Source of the DNA: Octopus bimaculoides
Lineage: Eukaryota
Reading direction: 5' to 3'
Assembly (NCBI RefSeq): GCF_001194135.2
Contig: NC_068981.1
Location: forward strand, 69,593,211-69,649,518
DNA: 56,308 bases
Part shown: piece by piece, positions 38,312 through 50,674 of the stretch
Layout of the letters: every line of letters begins with the position of its first letter
Numbering within the stretch: the stretch's first letter is position 1
Translations under genes and position numbers: made by a program
The notes under the pieces: model-generated
What the model was told of the DNA's origin: nothing
Databases searched by the model: none
What the model saw: only the letters and a program-made list of their open reading frames with translations

Positions 38312-38346
<35 letters not shown>

Positions 38347-38365
38347 TAATAATAATAATAATAAT
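38297..38365. repeat. Compound (AAT)(AAC)(ACC)(AAC)(AAT) trinucleotide tract
   Basis: Direct read. Confidence 0.97.
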
Positions 38366-38599
38366 TCTTCAGCTGAACGACACGTCACTGACTTATTTCC
38401 CCTATACAAAATGTCATGGAATACAAATAAAATTAAAACGCAAATACATACGTTAAATTTGATATATAAAACAACTTTTTAAAAAATGGAACACTTAAAA
38501 TCACTAGTCATTCAGCCAGTGAATATGAAAACAATTTGAATAAAGATACAGAATTTATTGCGTCAATTCTATCAAAGAATAATATGTATTTATTATTAG

Positions 38600-40580
38600 T
38601 AGGAATTAAATTTTACAGTTACATTATACCTTCTCAAGGAAACTAAAACAACATTTTCCTTCGAGAATGGAAAGAAAATTAAAACGATCCTAATCTAAAA
38701 GCAAACTTTTGTTGTAATTGTCTTGCCAGTTTAAGACAACCGAAAACTCGAAAATCAAATTTAGAAAAAGAACACCCAAAAGAAAGAGAAAATACGAAAA
38801 AAAAGTAATAACAAAAATAAAACATGACATAGATATAGAAAGAATGAGAGCATGCATATCTAACATAGACATCACATTTGCAAAACAAACTACTGAAATC
38901 ATAAAAAATTAATATCTGCAGACAGGGACGGACCGATCAGATATTGACAAAGATTGAGACATAGAAGAGAGAAGAACGCATATGAGAATACTAACAAGAC
39001 AGAAAAAAGCAAGAGAATATACAGAAAACCATCAACTATGAGAATGAAAGGTATGAGAAAAATAAGAGACAATAATCTTATGCAGAAATATTTGAAAGAT
39101 TAAAACGAATACACGATCTTCCTAATGGCTTAGCTAAAGTGTCTCTCAATATTATTTTGTGTAAAACACAAAATAAAGAAATGCAAAGAATGCATATCAC
39201 AGAGCTTAATAAAAATAAACAGAAACATCAATTTTATCATGTTTAACCAGATAGTATATGCACTTACCATGGTAATTATAATGGAATATAAGTATTCACT
39301 CATATTTATTCATACAGAAAAATCGAAACAATTATGTAATATTGAAAACAAATATCCAGGCAAAACTAAAATATGAAAGACGAGTTCACAATCCTTAAGG
39401 AAAAAATACAAATGATAAATTTGAAAGACCGACAAGTACTAAAGAAATATAACAAAACTATAAAAGAAATTATTCCGATATCAAAGAAAGTCTTCCTCAT
39501 TATATCACAAAGAATCATCGTTAAAAAAACTATGATTCTTTGAACAAAACAAACTGTTCGACGTAATTGAAAACGATTTTATCAGTATCAATGTAAAAGT
39601 GAAATAAAAATTAAAGCAGCGCCATGGACAAGTAAAGTAAAAGAAATTGTGAATTGGCGAACAATAAACATTATAGATACAGTATATAGTCAAAGTTATG
39701 CGTATGCCATCAATACACACCATATAGAAAATAACGTTAAAAATATCCCAAAGAATAGCAACCGAATTCGAAAACAAATAGTAGCAAGGTTGATGAATAA
39801 CTGGCATTAGCTTATTATTGCAATTTATCGATTTTTATCTGATAAAAATGTTGTAATTTAAACGAAGCATAAATCAAATTTGAAAGATAAAAACGTTATA
39901 GTTATAAAATTTTTACGTAAATATATGAAATTGTAAAGAACATCGGACTTCAACATTTCCAGAGATTAAAAATTAAGCAGAACGAGATGACATCAGTAAA
40001 AGTATAGTAACGTTAAGAATATTGAGGGTTATTGAAATTGAAAGGATCTCATGGATGAATATGTTCATATCAAGCGTAGTACGTGAACAATTGAAGGAAT
40101 TCATACCAGCTCATTAAATATGGAGGAAGTTACTGGAAAATGTAGTGAGTCTTAGAGTCCTAGAGTTTTGATTGCAATATTTGGAACACATCCTCATGTT
40201 GCAGGTACAAAGAGTTAATGATCTGCTCACAAAGTCAAACCACACTTCAGAAGCTGATGAAGCAACTGTCACAAACTTTTCGCAATATCTAAAACTGAAG
40301 AAACACAAAAATCAAAACTATAATGATCTATCATTTGTCGTCCAGGGAATAGAAATGTTCAAATANNNNNNNNNNNNNNNNNNNNNNNNNNNNNNNNNNN
40401 NNNNNNNNNNNNNNNNNNNNNNNNNNNNNNNNNNNNNNNNNNNNNNNNNNNNNNNNNNNNNNNNNNNNNNNNNNNNNNNNNNNNNNNNNNNNNNNNNNNN
40501 NNNNNNNNNNNNNNNNNNNNNNNNNNNNNNNNNNNNNNNNNNNGAGAGAGAGAGAGAGAGAGAGGGAGAGATAGATAGAG

Positions 40581-40636
<56 letters not shown>

Positions 40637-41400
40637 GGTTAGATAGATGATTGGGTTTGGTCTTCAACCAAATTAACATATATGAAACAAATACTGAATT
40701 TGGGAGAAGGAAGAAAATTATTAGAAAGAAGAAACAAAATGAATTTGATTAGAAGAAAAGTTAACCCATAGTCTATGCTAGAAGTGAAGAAATAATGTAA
40801 CATTAACAAAGAAAGCCATTACATGGGCCATACTCGAGAAAATATAATAAATCTACATATATGTAACATGATAAGAATACGGTTACTAAAAATGTGCTTA
40901 GGAAGAAACCATTAATTGGATTTCTAGCTAAGAGAATATTCACTGAATGGCAGAATTACACATATAATATTCTAGAAATTATGCCACCATCATGAAGTAA
41001 TGCCTTAAAAGAATTAGTCAAAATATTTTTAGAGTAACAACCATATCATTGCCTCTGATATATCAGAGCCTAAATCCTACACACGAGTGATCTAAGTTTA
41101 TACACCCGATATTGTTGTGAGTCATTAGAAATGTAGGCACTTCCCTAATTATACGTTCTAGAAAACGATAAGGAAGCTTTAAAATAAATGGAGGAACTAT
41201 TTAAATAAAACTATCTTGAAAAAGAAGTATGCTAAATTTTAAGAATAAAATCGAAAATATACCATTGCACAATACGTATCTCAGAAATATACTCTTACAG
41301 AATACGTAACACGGAAATTAGTTAAACGCAGTAAAGAAATAACCATAACTCAGATATCAGAGCATATAAATATGCAATGCACAACATATAGTATACAAAA
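38600..41400 (+). mobile_element. Ancient L1-clade ORF2 remnant, A-rich sense strand
   Basis: KEIVNWRTINIIDTVYS at about 39640-39690 (cf. NWRPISLLN.DYKI). Looser matches YLLKET (EN), IKRST, FSQYLKLK..KN and QGIEMF occur in L1 order. Strong A skew. Interrupted by gap and (GA)/(GATA)n. Confidence 0.55.
40544..40636. repeat. (GA)n(GATA)n microsatellite after gap 40366-40543
   Basis: Direct read. Confidence 0.97.
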
Positions 41401-44400
41401 TAGATCGTTGCACCTTTAGCACATAAACTACTCTGAATTTAATAGCAATGCAAAAAAATAACACTGGTTATGTCTTAACTTGTGCAGTAGAAGCGTGCGA
41501 CGAAAATAAGGGTAGGCATGATTAGAAATGACAACCTGTGTGCGAAACGCTTATATGCTATGAATGCAAGAGTGGATATATTATAAGAGTGGATATATTA
41601 ATAAGAGTGAATGTCTCATCAAGCACTGAAGAAACACTGTTGAAGTTTCGGTCACTCACACCGCATTATCTTTAAATGTATCTGTTGTGTGACATTGAAT
41701 AATATAACTTTCTGTAAGCCTGAATCTTAATCGCATTTAGCCGAATTGAAGATTGAATATTAATGCATTGAAAACATTTTGATTTTTATTAGAAGCAAAT
41801 GTGTTTCCAAATTCAGCAAACCATTCTTCTGATAGACCCAGAAGATCAAATCATAAAATGAAATTGCACGACAATTATGGATCAAGTTGAAATACTTTAA
41901 TATATATTCATAAGTGTATTTATCTACATATATACCGGGTTTGAAATGGTGGATACGATATTTAGTGAGAAAGACGTTGACAGAAATATATATATATATA
42001 TATANNNNNNNNNNNNNNNNNNNNNNNNNNNNNNNNNNNNNNNNNNNNNNNNNNNNNNNNNNNNNNNNNNNNNNNNNNNNNNATATATGTTCCATGCGTT
42101 AACATATGCCTCCGTGCATTTAATCAAGATATCCTTCGCCTGAACATTTGCCTCGCCTGGATATTTATATATTTACAACTCCTAAGGTTCCGCTCGCTAT
42201 GAAAAATATGTAGCCTAGATCTTTTTACTCCATTCCGTAACTCTTGTATCCTTATTGGCACACCCGCCAACCCTGGTCATCTACCGTGAAATATGAAAAA
42301 AAAAAAACATTTTTCAGCTTATCGTACTTCGATACGAAAAAACGTCACAACCCCTGTCTCAATTAATTACTTTTATCCCAGAAGTTGATTTCTTTTATAT
42401 TTACTACGGATTGCTTGAAGCTAACTTTTTTCCTACACCCCGACACTTGTATTTTACATTCATATATATATAATTAAGATTCAGTTGAATTAGGTACATA
42501 AATTGAAGCACCAAGTCAGTCCAGTATAATCCGCACAGCTGGAAGTAAGGTAAATAAAATCAAAATAAGCAACAAGACATCAAGTAGTAATGCAGAATCA
42601 CCATTTCCATCTTCTTACTGTATTAGAATATTTAAGAAAAAATATATTATTACGTTCTACTTGTTAAAAAAAATTCTATAACTTGTGCATCTGAAGATAG
42701 TACTACATTTAAATTTATGTAATGCTTACATTGTTCAATTAATTGGAGCCGCTTAAAACGGTTGTGCTGCATTACAACTTGATACTCTGTTGTTTATTTT
42801 GAACATATATATGTGTGTGTGTGTGTGTGTGTGTTTGTGTATACATCCATCTATGTATCTAGCTAGGTAGATACATAGATAGATGGACATAACGCTTAAG
42901 GAAAACTCCCCAATAACGCCCTGTGTTAAAACACATGGACCAGGCGTGGCAACTTGCCTCGGATCGAATCAATAATGTTGGATACGCTTACTATTACTTA
43001 TCAACACCACTTTTCTACTGCTAACCCCCAGTAAATACAACGATTAAACAAAGCACATATGTTGCATACGTAGGATTGCTAATATTTACGTACTAGTTCT
43101 GCTTTTAATTTGTAATTTAACATATATATATGGACACACACATGCACATACATATATATGTGTGTGTGTATGTTATATGTGAGTATGTTATATGTGTGTG
43201 TGTCTGTGTATCAGCGCGCAATTTCAGTGGAGGGGGTTTACATCAACTATCGACCCTAGTGATAAAGTGGTACTTTTATGTGACTATTCTTGTTATGATT
43301 GTGTGTCTTATGTTGTACCTAAATGTTATATCTCTATCCGTGTACATTGCAGGAGTGTGTATCTGGGCTAAATATATTAATGTCAAGTCGGTTCACATAC
43401 TATTTTTGAGATACATAGACAAATATGCACACACACGCATGAATACGCGCGCACGCGCACATACACAAATATACACGCACATGCAGACAAACACACACAC
43501 ATACAATCATATTACTTTCCCTTATGTTTCTGAACAAGACGTTGCATTGGTCCACTTTTTTCGTACATCCATGGTTCTGAATATACCTCTGCTGGTTTCA
43601 ATATACATATTTATAAATTGGTTTAGAGTCTAAATTAAAAATGTATTTGAACTATCGGGTTTAATAAAAGTTGGTCCCGATATACTTAAATTACTAAATT
43701 CTTCTCCTCTCCTGCTTTTCATATTCAATTCAATCACTAAGTATGGAATCCTAAAGCTTCACAAGCTACGAATGTGAGTGCAACTATTAAGATACTCAGC
43801 GATCCATTTATAGTTGGTGTTATCTTTCTATAATTTATTCATAATGCCGTTCCATGTATTTGTTTTAGGTGCCAACTGTGAGTTGGAGAAAGGAAATACG
43901 TAGCATTATACTATGAGAAAACGAAATATTGAAACATAGGCACACCGAATTTATTAATGAAACAAGTTGGTTCGATGCAAGATAAAATATATCGCACCGT
44001 AAGTATTAGGTACATAAAAATGGCGCATTAATTCATAACGCAGAAATTATGGAATGTAATTTTAGCAGGATTAAATATCACATACTTATGAACAAAAGGC
44101 ACATATACAGACATACGCACATGCATTTACATTTAAAAATATATGTCAATGACTATGTTTACACTTTGTATTCGTAACATAATTTAATGTTTACAAAAAT
44201 ATTATGTAATGCAATCCTGCATGTATGCGTTAAAAAGTGGTCCTTCCATCATAAAAGCTTTTTTAACGTCTTCTTTTGATATCTCTCCTAGTCCATGTTT
44301 GTTTTTAACGGATTTCAATGGTTCTCAGACATTTTGGTTAATCTTACTGTGTGGTGTTAACTCAGTTTTAGGACAACATTTACATCTTAGATATACACCT

Positions 44401-44770
44401 ACTGAATATCTCTTTTCATCGGCTGTAGAATCCGGTTCAAACTACACCCAATGTGCTACCACTTTACAACATTGCAAAGCAAACGTCGTATTCTCCGAAA
44501 CGCTATTCATCTGATTACTATCGACAGTGAATTATGGTGTCTAGACAACAATCTCTACAAAGCAGCTGCTTGCGCATCTGTAGATGTCTTTGCTTTCACC
44601 TGTTAGGCTTTTTTCGTTTAGATGATATGCATTTGTGTCTGCTCACTTAAAAAAGAGAATCAGAGGAAAACTCATTTTACCGATATATGAAAATTTACAA
44701 ATAATATTTGTATCAATGTTAATTTATATATATCACGGCCTGTCAGAGGCATACACAAACGCATACAGAT

Positions 44771-44812
<42 letters not shown>

Positions 44813-45054
44813 NNNNNNNNNNNNNNNNNNNNNNNNNNNNNNNNNNNNNNNNNNNNNNNNNNNNNNNNNNNNNNNNNNNNNNNNNNNNNNNNNNNNNNNN
44901 NNNNNNNNNNNNNNNNNNNNNNNNNNNNNNNNNNNNNNNNNNNNNNNNNNNNNNNNNNNNNNNNNNNNNNNNNNNNNNNNNNNNNNNNNNNNNNNNNNNN
45001 NNNNNNNNNNNNNNNNNNNNNNNNNNNNNNNNNNNNNNNNNNNNNNNNNNNNNN

Positions 45055-45085
<31 letters not shown>
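44771..45085. repeat. (CA)n - gap 44813-45054 - (TA)n
   Basis: Direct read. Confidence 0.95.
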
Positions 45086-45087
<2 letters not shown>

Positions 45088-47387
45088 CCCGTAATAAACC
45101 ACTTGAAAACAATATACACGTCTTCCGGCAACATAAAGTTTGCCCACGCACACACGCACACACACATGCACACGTGCACGCATGCACTCGCACATGCACA
45201 CGCATACGTACACACAAACTTTCACACACAAAGTAAACAAATGAAATTACACACAGGTATATGAGTGTGTGTATGTGTGTTTGCGTGTGTGTGTATCAGA
45301 CCGGTGATGCGTCGTGTTCTTGAGCTAAAAAGAATGCTTTATTTCAAGTAGCTCCATTCTACTAACTAGCAAATATACTTCGGCAACTGACTGGCGTATT
45401 CTTTAGGAAAATGTCGTTCTGTACGCATAGCTAGCGGGGTGGCGTCACTCAGAAGCTAAGACTATTCGAGGAAGTGCATAGTGGTCGTGGCTGTATAACT
45501 AAGTAACGACATCCAAAAGTGTGTGCCATACAGTTATATATATANNNNNNNNNNNNNNNNNNNNNNNNNNNNNNNNNNNNNNNNNNNNNNNNNNNNNNNN
45601 NNNNNNNNNNNNNNNNNNNNNNNNNNNNNNNNNNNNNNNNNNNNNNNNNNNNNNNNNNNNNNNNNNNNNNNNNNNNNNNNNNNNNNNNNNNNNNNNNNNN
45701 NNNNNNNNNNNNNNNNNNNNNNNNNNNNNNNNNNNNNNNNNNNNNNNNNNNNNNNNNNNNNNNNNNNNNNNNNNNNNNNNNNNNNNNNNNNNNNNNNNNN
45801 NNNNNNNNNNNNNNNNNNNNNNNNNNNNNNNNNNNNNNTATATATACATATATATACACGCTAGAGTGTTATCTGTTATGTTACGGCTACCTCTTAATAT
45901 ATGATTATGACACCGTGGATAATGTGATAAAGATTAAACTATTATTAATTTATATATGTCATACTTCTCGATAATATCATTTAACTATCCTTGTGATATA
46001 TTCATTTGGAACGATTTCATTGAAACTTAGCAGTTAGTGAATACATTGACGATTATTATATAATATAAAAAAAAACATAAATTAAGCTAACGAAAGCATC
46101 TACAGAAAATATGTATTACAATAGATATTAGCTATTGCAGAGCTATTTGCCACAATAAACAATTTCTCTTCCATTTAGTTCTCCTCACCCTCTCCATGAT
46201 TATTGTTCCTTCATCCTGTGAGTAGCGTTCTATTAAATATTGTCTGTTGCCAAGTCCAATTATTACGTTGGCCAGGGGTATCAGGTTAACAAAACAAATG
46301 TACACTCTGTTGTAAGAAACCTATAATGTTAGAAGAACCGAGGCCGAAAATATCTGATTACAAAACTCGATATAATTACCCTAAATGTAATATCTGAAAA
46401 TAATTTGCAAATACACGTCTAAAAACAACGTAGATTACTCGTAGAATGTATAAAGATGAAATATTTGATTAATAAAACAAAGCCTCGCGGAGAAGACATG
46501 ACGGAATAAGGTGAAGATACCAATTATCGTCATAAAGTAACAATAATTACTATGAATGAAATGCCAACTAAATTAACTCCTATATATGAATTAAGGATGG
46601 AGCAAATCTTATTTGGGTGGAGATTTTGTGTACAAATCTAACATTAATGTATTAAATATACTAATCTCAAACAGCACTTTTGAATATATTAATAATGTGC
46701 ACATATCTATGAATACATATGATGCTCTCGGTTGTCATGCATGTATCCAGTTTTATCAATGGCTGGCTAGGTTGAGTAATGATTTAAATTTCATGAGATA
46801 TGAGATTTATGTTAATTACCCTGAGATATACACCGAAGGTTAACATATATGAATGTATGTATATACGCGAATATCAATGTAATATATAAACTTATGTACT
46901 AGCACAAACGCATACACACATACACACTACCACATATACACTGATATGCCACGTGATACCGTAATATTTATAATATATATGTGTGAATAACAATTAATGC
47001 TTCTTTGATTCTCTCCCTTTGATGATTACATAAATATGCTTTTCTGAACAAATTAAACTTATAAATGTGTGTGTGTTAATCACGCGTTAATATATTCTTA
47101 AGATATAACAGGTTCAGATATTTTTTCTAGTATATCTATTTCATATTTTAGCCATGAATAGGAAATATCCACTTACAATATTGCACGTTTGGTTGAAACT
47201 GAAAATAGTTTATATGTATACATTATATGCGAAAATATAGCCCCAAATGTGTATGTATCTATGTGTATGTGCATTCACACATACAGGCGCTCGCACACAT
47301 ACACTCACACACACATTCATATATATAGTTTATAAAAGACATAAACCCGAAACAAGAAGCACATCTGACATGTAGAGCAGTATATAT

Positions 47388-47669
47388 TAAAAATGATGGA
47401 GGCCGGTTTATATGGGATTACCATAGGATTCCCATCCATAAAGGTTTTGGCTTCCTGGCGTATTGTCAGATTCTCAAGACATGTTGGTCCATGACTTCTT
47501 AAAAATATGGAGGTGGAAATTGCCTCACTACTCAAAGGCAACATGTGGGGATTATATCTCCTTTTGCTACTGGCTATCTATCTCGGGCTGTGCCAACAGG
47601 CTTTCTTTTTTTCTGCCCTTTATGGACGGGAGACCTAAGGTAATCCCATATACCGGCCTTACCCATTTT
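47388..47669. mobile_element. MITE, about 280 bp, with 45-55 bp imperfect TIRs in TA-repeat context
   Basis: Left GGCCGGTTTATATGGGATTACCATAGGATTCCCATCCATAAAGG (47401-47444) versus reverse complement of right (47617-47658) GGCCGGTATATGGGATTACCTTAGGTCTCCCGTCCATAAAGG. Extends loosely to AAAATG/CATTTT. TA runs on both sides. No transposase. Confidence 0.85.
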
Positions 47670-48202
47670 ATATATATATATATATATNNNNNNNNNNNNN
47701 NNNNNNNNNNNNNNNNNNNNNNNNNNNNNNNNNNNNNNNNNNNNNNNNNNNNNNNNNNNNNNNNNNNNNNNNNNNNNNNNNNNNNNNNNNNNNNNNNNNN
47801 NNNNNNNNNNNNNNNNNNNNNNNNNNNNNNNNNNNNNNNNNNNNNNNNNNNNNNNNNNNNNNNNNNNNNNNNNNNNNNNNNNNNNNNNNNNNNNNNNNNN
47901 NNNNNNNNNNNNNNNNNNNNNNNNNNNNNNNNNNNNNNNNNNNNNNNNNNNNNNNNNNNNNNNNNNNNNNNNNNNNNNNNNNNNNNNNNNNNNNNNNNNN
48001 NNNNNNNNNNNNNNNNNNNNNNNNNNNNNNNNNNNNNNNNNNNNNNNNNNNNNNNNNNNNNNNNNNNNNNNNNNNNNNNNNNNNNNNNNNNNNNNNNNNN
48101 NNNNNNNNNNNNNNNNNNNNNNNNNNNNNNNNNNNNNNNNNNNNNNNNNNNNNNNNNNNNNNNNNNNNNNNNNNNNNNNNNNNNNNNNNNNNNNNNNNNN
48201 NN

Positions 48203-48294
<92 letters not shown>

Positions 48295-48310
48295 TACAGA
48301 TATATAGATA
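47670..48310. repeat. (TA)n - gap 47688-48202 - (TA)n(GA)n
   Basis: Direct read. Confidence 0.95.
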
Positions 48311-49424
48311 GATACATACATAGATACATAAATAGATAACATGGGTCAGCTGCAATAGCATCTGAGCGCATGATGCATCTCAAGTTCCTATCATTTGATG
48401 AAATTGATGTGTCCTATTCTCTCACAAAACTAAGTCAGGTGTCGTAAAGCAAATGCACACACTACCAAATGTGTTGAGTGCTATATTCGTGTGTTCATTG
48501 GCTCCTGTGTTTATGTGTGTGAGTGCGTTTATGTGGAGAGACAGATTTATAGCTGTCAGTTGACAGACACATATAAAATAATATCGTGGTGCATACGTGC
48601 ATGTATGTGTCATTGACTAGTAAGTTAACGATTTAACTCAAGACTGTAAACACTTTGCAGCAACTAGTCCTATATTGTAATATTGAGCAGAAGTGTACCT
48701 TATTTGAATAGCAATATTCACATTTATTTTAGTTGCCATGCAAATAGTGATAATTTTAATCAAACAAGTAAGGTAAATAATTAGACCATATATCAGAGAC
48801 AGAAAATGTGTTTGCTTTTCTTTGATATTAGTAGAAAGAAAAGCCAACTTTTAAGAAATAAACATATATCAATTTACGTGATAGAAGGTTAAGAAGAGGA
48901 AAAGAAAACTCCCTATGATCTGTACTATGACGTAGTAGATTTTGTAAACAAACGTATTGTAACAAATGAATGAAAACCACATAAATATTGGCATGGAAAA
49001 TTGCAACGTATTTATTATAGAGAAGTAGGATGTTGCAGTTCCTAGGAGAAATGATGAAACACTATTTTTTCTTGAGTTGCTGGTTGAAAATAGCATCTTT
49101 GCAAGAAACATTCCGTATAATAATTGATACGTATCATTGACCGAAATTCGAATAATGCCTTTGGCAAAGATTTGAGGAAATGAATTTTAGAGCGAGGTCA
49201 CTAAATCTCTCTGATTTCTCATGGAAAATTCTGCTTTTTATTCGGTTCAGTCAGTTTACAAAATTGGATATCTGAAAAAAGAACGACCAAATGGGCATGT
49301 CAAGTGATGTGGTTCATTGGTTAGAAACCTTAGAAGGAACAATGGCAGGAAGAGCAAGAGCAGCACCAGCTGCGAGCTTTAAAATTGTGACAATGGCAAT
49401 ATTAACAATTTTAATAACCATAAC

Positions 49425-49680
49425 ACATTTCTCTCTCTCTCTCTCTCTCTCTCTATCCGCAACCATTGTTTCTTTCCTTTCTGCACAGATTTCATATCTT
49501 AGTCCATGCGTTTGGATTTCTTCTTTCTCCCCCTCCACCTCCTCTTCCGTCCTCACCTTTTTCTTGTTCTTTTTCCTCTTCCCTTTCCTCCTCCCCTCAT
49601 TTTTTTTCATCTTCTACTTGTTACCCTCTTATTCCTCCTGCACCACCACCCACTACTACTACTGCTGCTGCTGCTACTTT
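49425..49680. repeat. Pyrimidine-rich low-complexity tract with (CT), (CCT), (CTA), (CTG) runs
   Basis: Direct read; explains the hydrophobic ORFs between 49291 and 49831. Confidence 0.85.
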
Positions 49681-49788
49681 GCTCCTGGCGAGGGATCGAT
49701 CGTTAATTGCATGGAATTATTATAATGCAAATGCCTTAAACGAGCAGATTGGCGCAATCGCTAGACCGTCCGTAATATTACGTATCTA

Positions 49789-50668
49789 TAGAGTGTGCCG
49801 AAATGAAGGCAACCGAAATTTCACGTATTAAAAACTAACAATAAATGTGATAATATATGAAAATTATATATCATTATAAATGCTTACTCTGTCTTCATTT
49901 TGTCTCGGACTAAATAAATTCACATTTATAAGTTAAGTAATGGCTATAGACCGAAATACAATCATACCCTCGCCAAGGGAGCAAAAGTAATATGGCTATA
50001 GCAAGAAAGCTCAATTTTAATCGAACAACAATCTGGAATATTGTCAAGAAATTTCAAGAGACTGGTCCCACCGCTGCTCAAAAAAGAAATGTTGAAGACC
50101 CCCTCAGCTTAACAAAATACCAGAGAAAAGATACGCAGAAGCCTCATCGTTCCGTCAGAAAACTGGTTGCCACAGCAATAATAAGCCAAAGACGATGTAT
50201 CGAATGCTGAAGGAGGCTCTCAGCACCCACCCATGTCAGATGATCTACCGTCGTGCGCTCACACAAGTTTATAAGGCCATGAGACTGGAGAAAAGGCCTC
50301 TTATTCTGCATCATATTTTTGAAGGCACGCCGCTCAACGTGATGTTCACTAATGAAAAGAAATTCGTCATGGAACAGAGTTAACCACCAGAACGATCGAC
50401 TTTGGAGTGTATCTGGCTTCATGGAGGGTATACTCGTAAATCGAGATTAAGATCTACAGTTAGTTATGACTTCGGCGGCTGTGACAGCCACTGGAACGTC
50501 TCCCTTCGTTTTTGCGCATTCCAGTGTTAAAATTAACACCTAGCGATAGAGCGAATAAGCACTTCTAGGCGCACCTTGTCGCCTCCAACAAGACTCAGCA
50601 CCATCCTACAGCTCCGAATAGGCACAACACTGGATTCAAATAAACATCCCATCGTTAATAAGCAAAGA
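49789..50668 (+). mobile_element. maT/DD37D (Bmmar1-like) Tc1/mariner remnant, 3' end missing
   Basis: TA then TAGAGTGTGCCG (cf. CAGGGTG start); ATG at 49940; AIARKLNFNRTTIWNIVKKFQETG (HTH), VMFTNEKKF..NHQNDR (first D region), AAVTATG.SP.VF..VKIN, LQQDSAPS..WIQINIPSLISKE. Stops before WP..SPDLNP. Confidence 0.85.
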
Positions 50669-50674
50669 AATAAG

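Larger units (their letters stand above)
2726..48202. other. Ten assembly gaps (N runs), nearly all flanked by microsatellites
   Basis: 2726-2735, 13747-13876, 33374-34073, 34555-34564, 35420-35473, 40366-40543, 42005-42082, 44813-45054, about 45545-45838, 47688-48202. Confidence 0.97.

Noticed and set aside
42500-42570. Minus-strand LCGLYWTD as an LDLR YWTD repeat exon
   Set aside because: A single short motif with no surrounding beta-propeller pattern or good donor; likely chance.
33213-48383. Long ORFs (150-298 aa) spanning N runs, and YIYI/HTHT/CVCV ORFs throughout
   Set aside because: Artefacts of gaps and dinucleotide repeats; not coding evidence.
49291-49831. Hydrophobic ORFs resembling membrane proteins
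   Set aside because: Produced by pyrimidine-rich low-complexity DNA.
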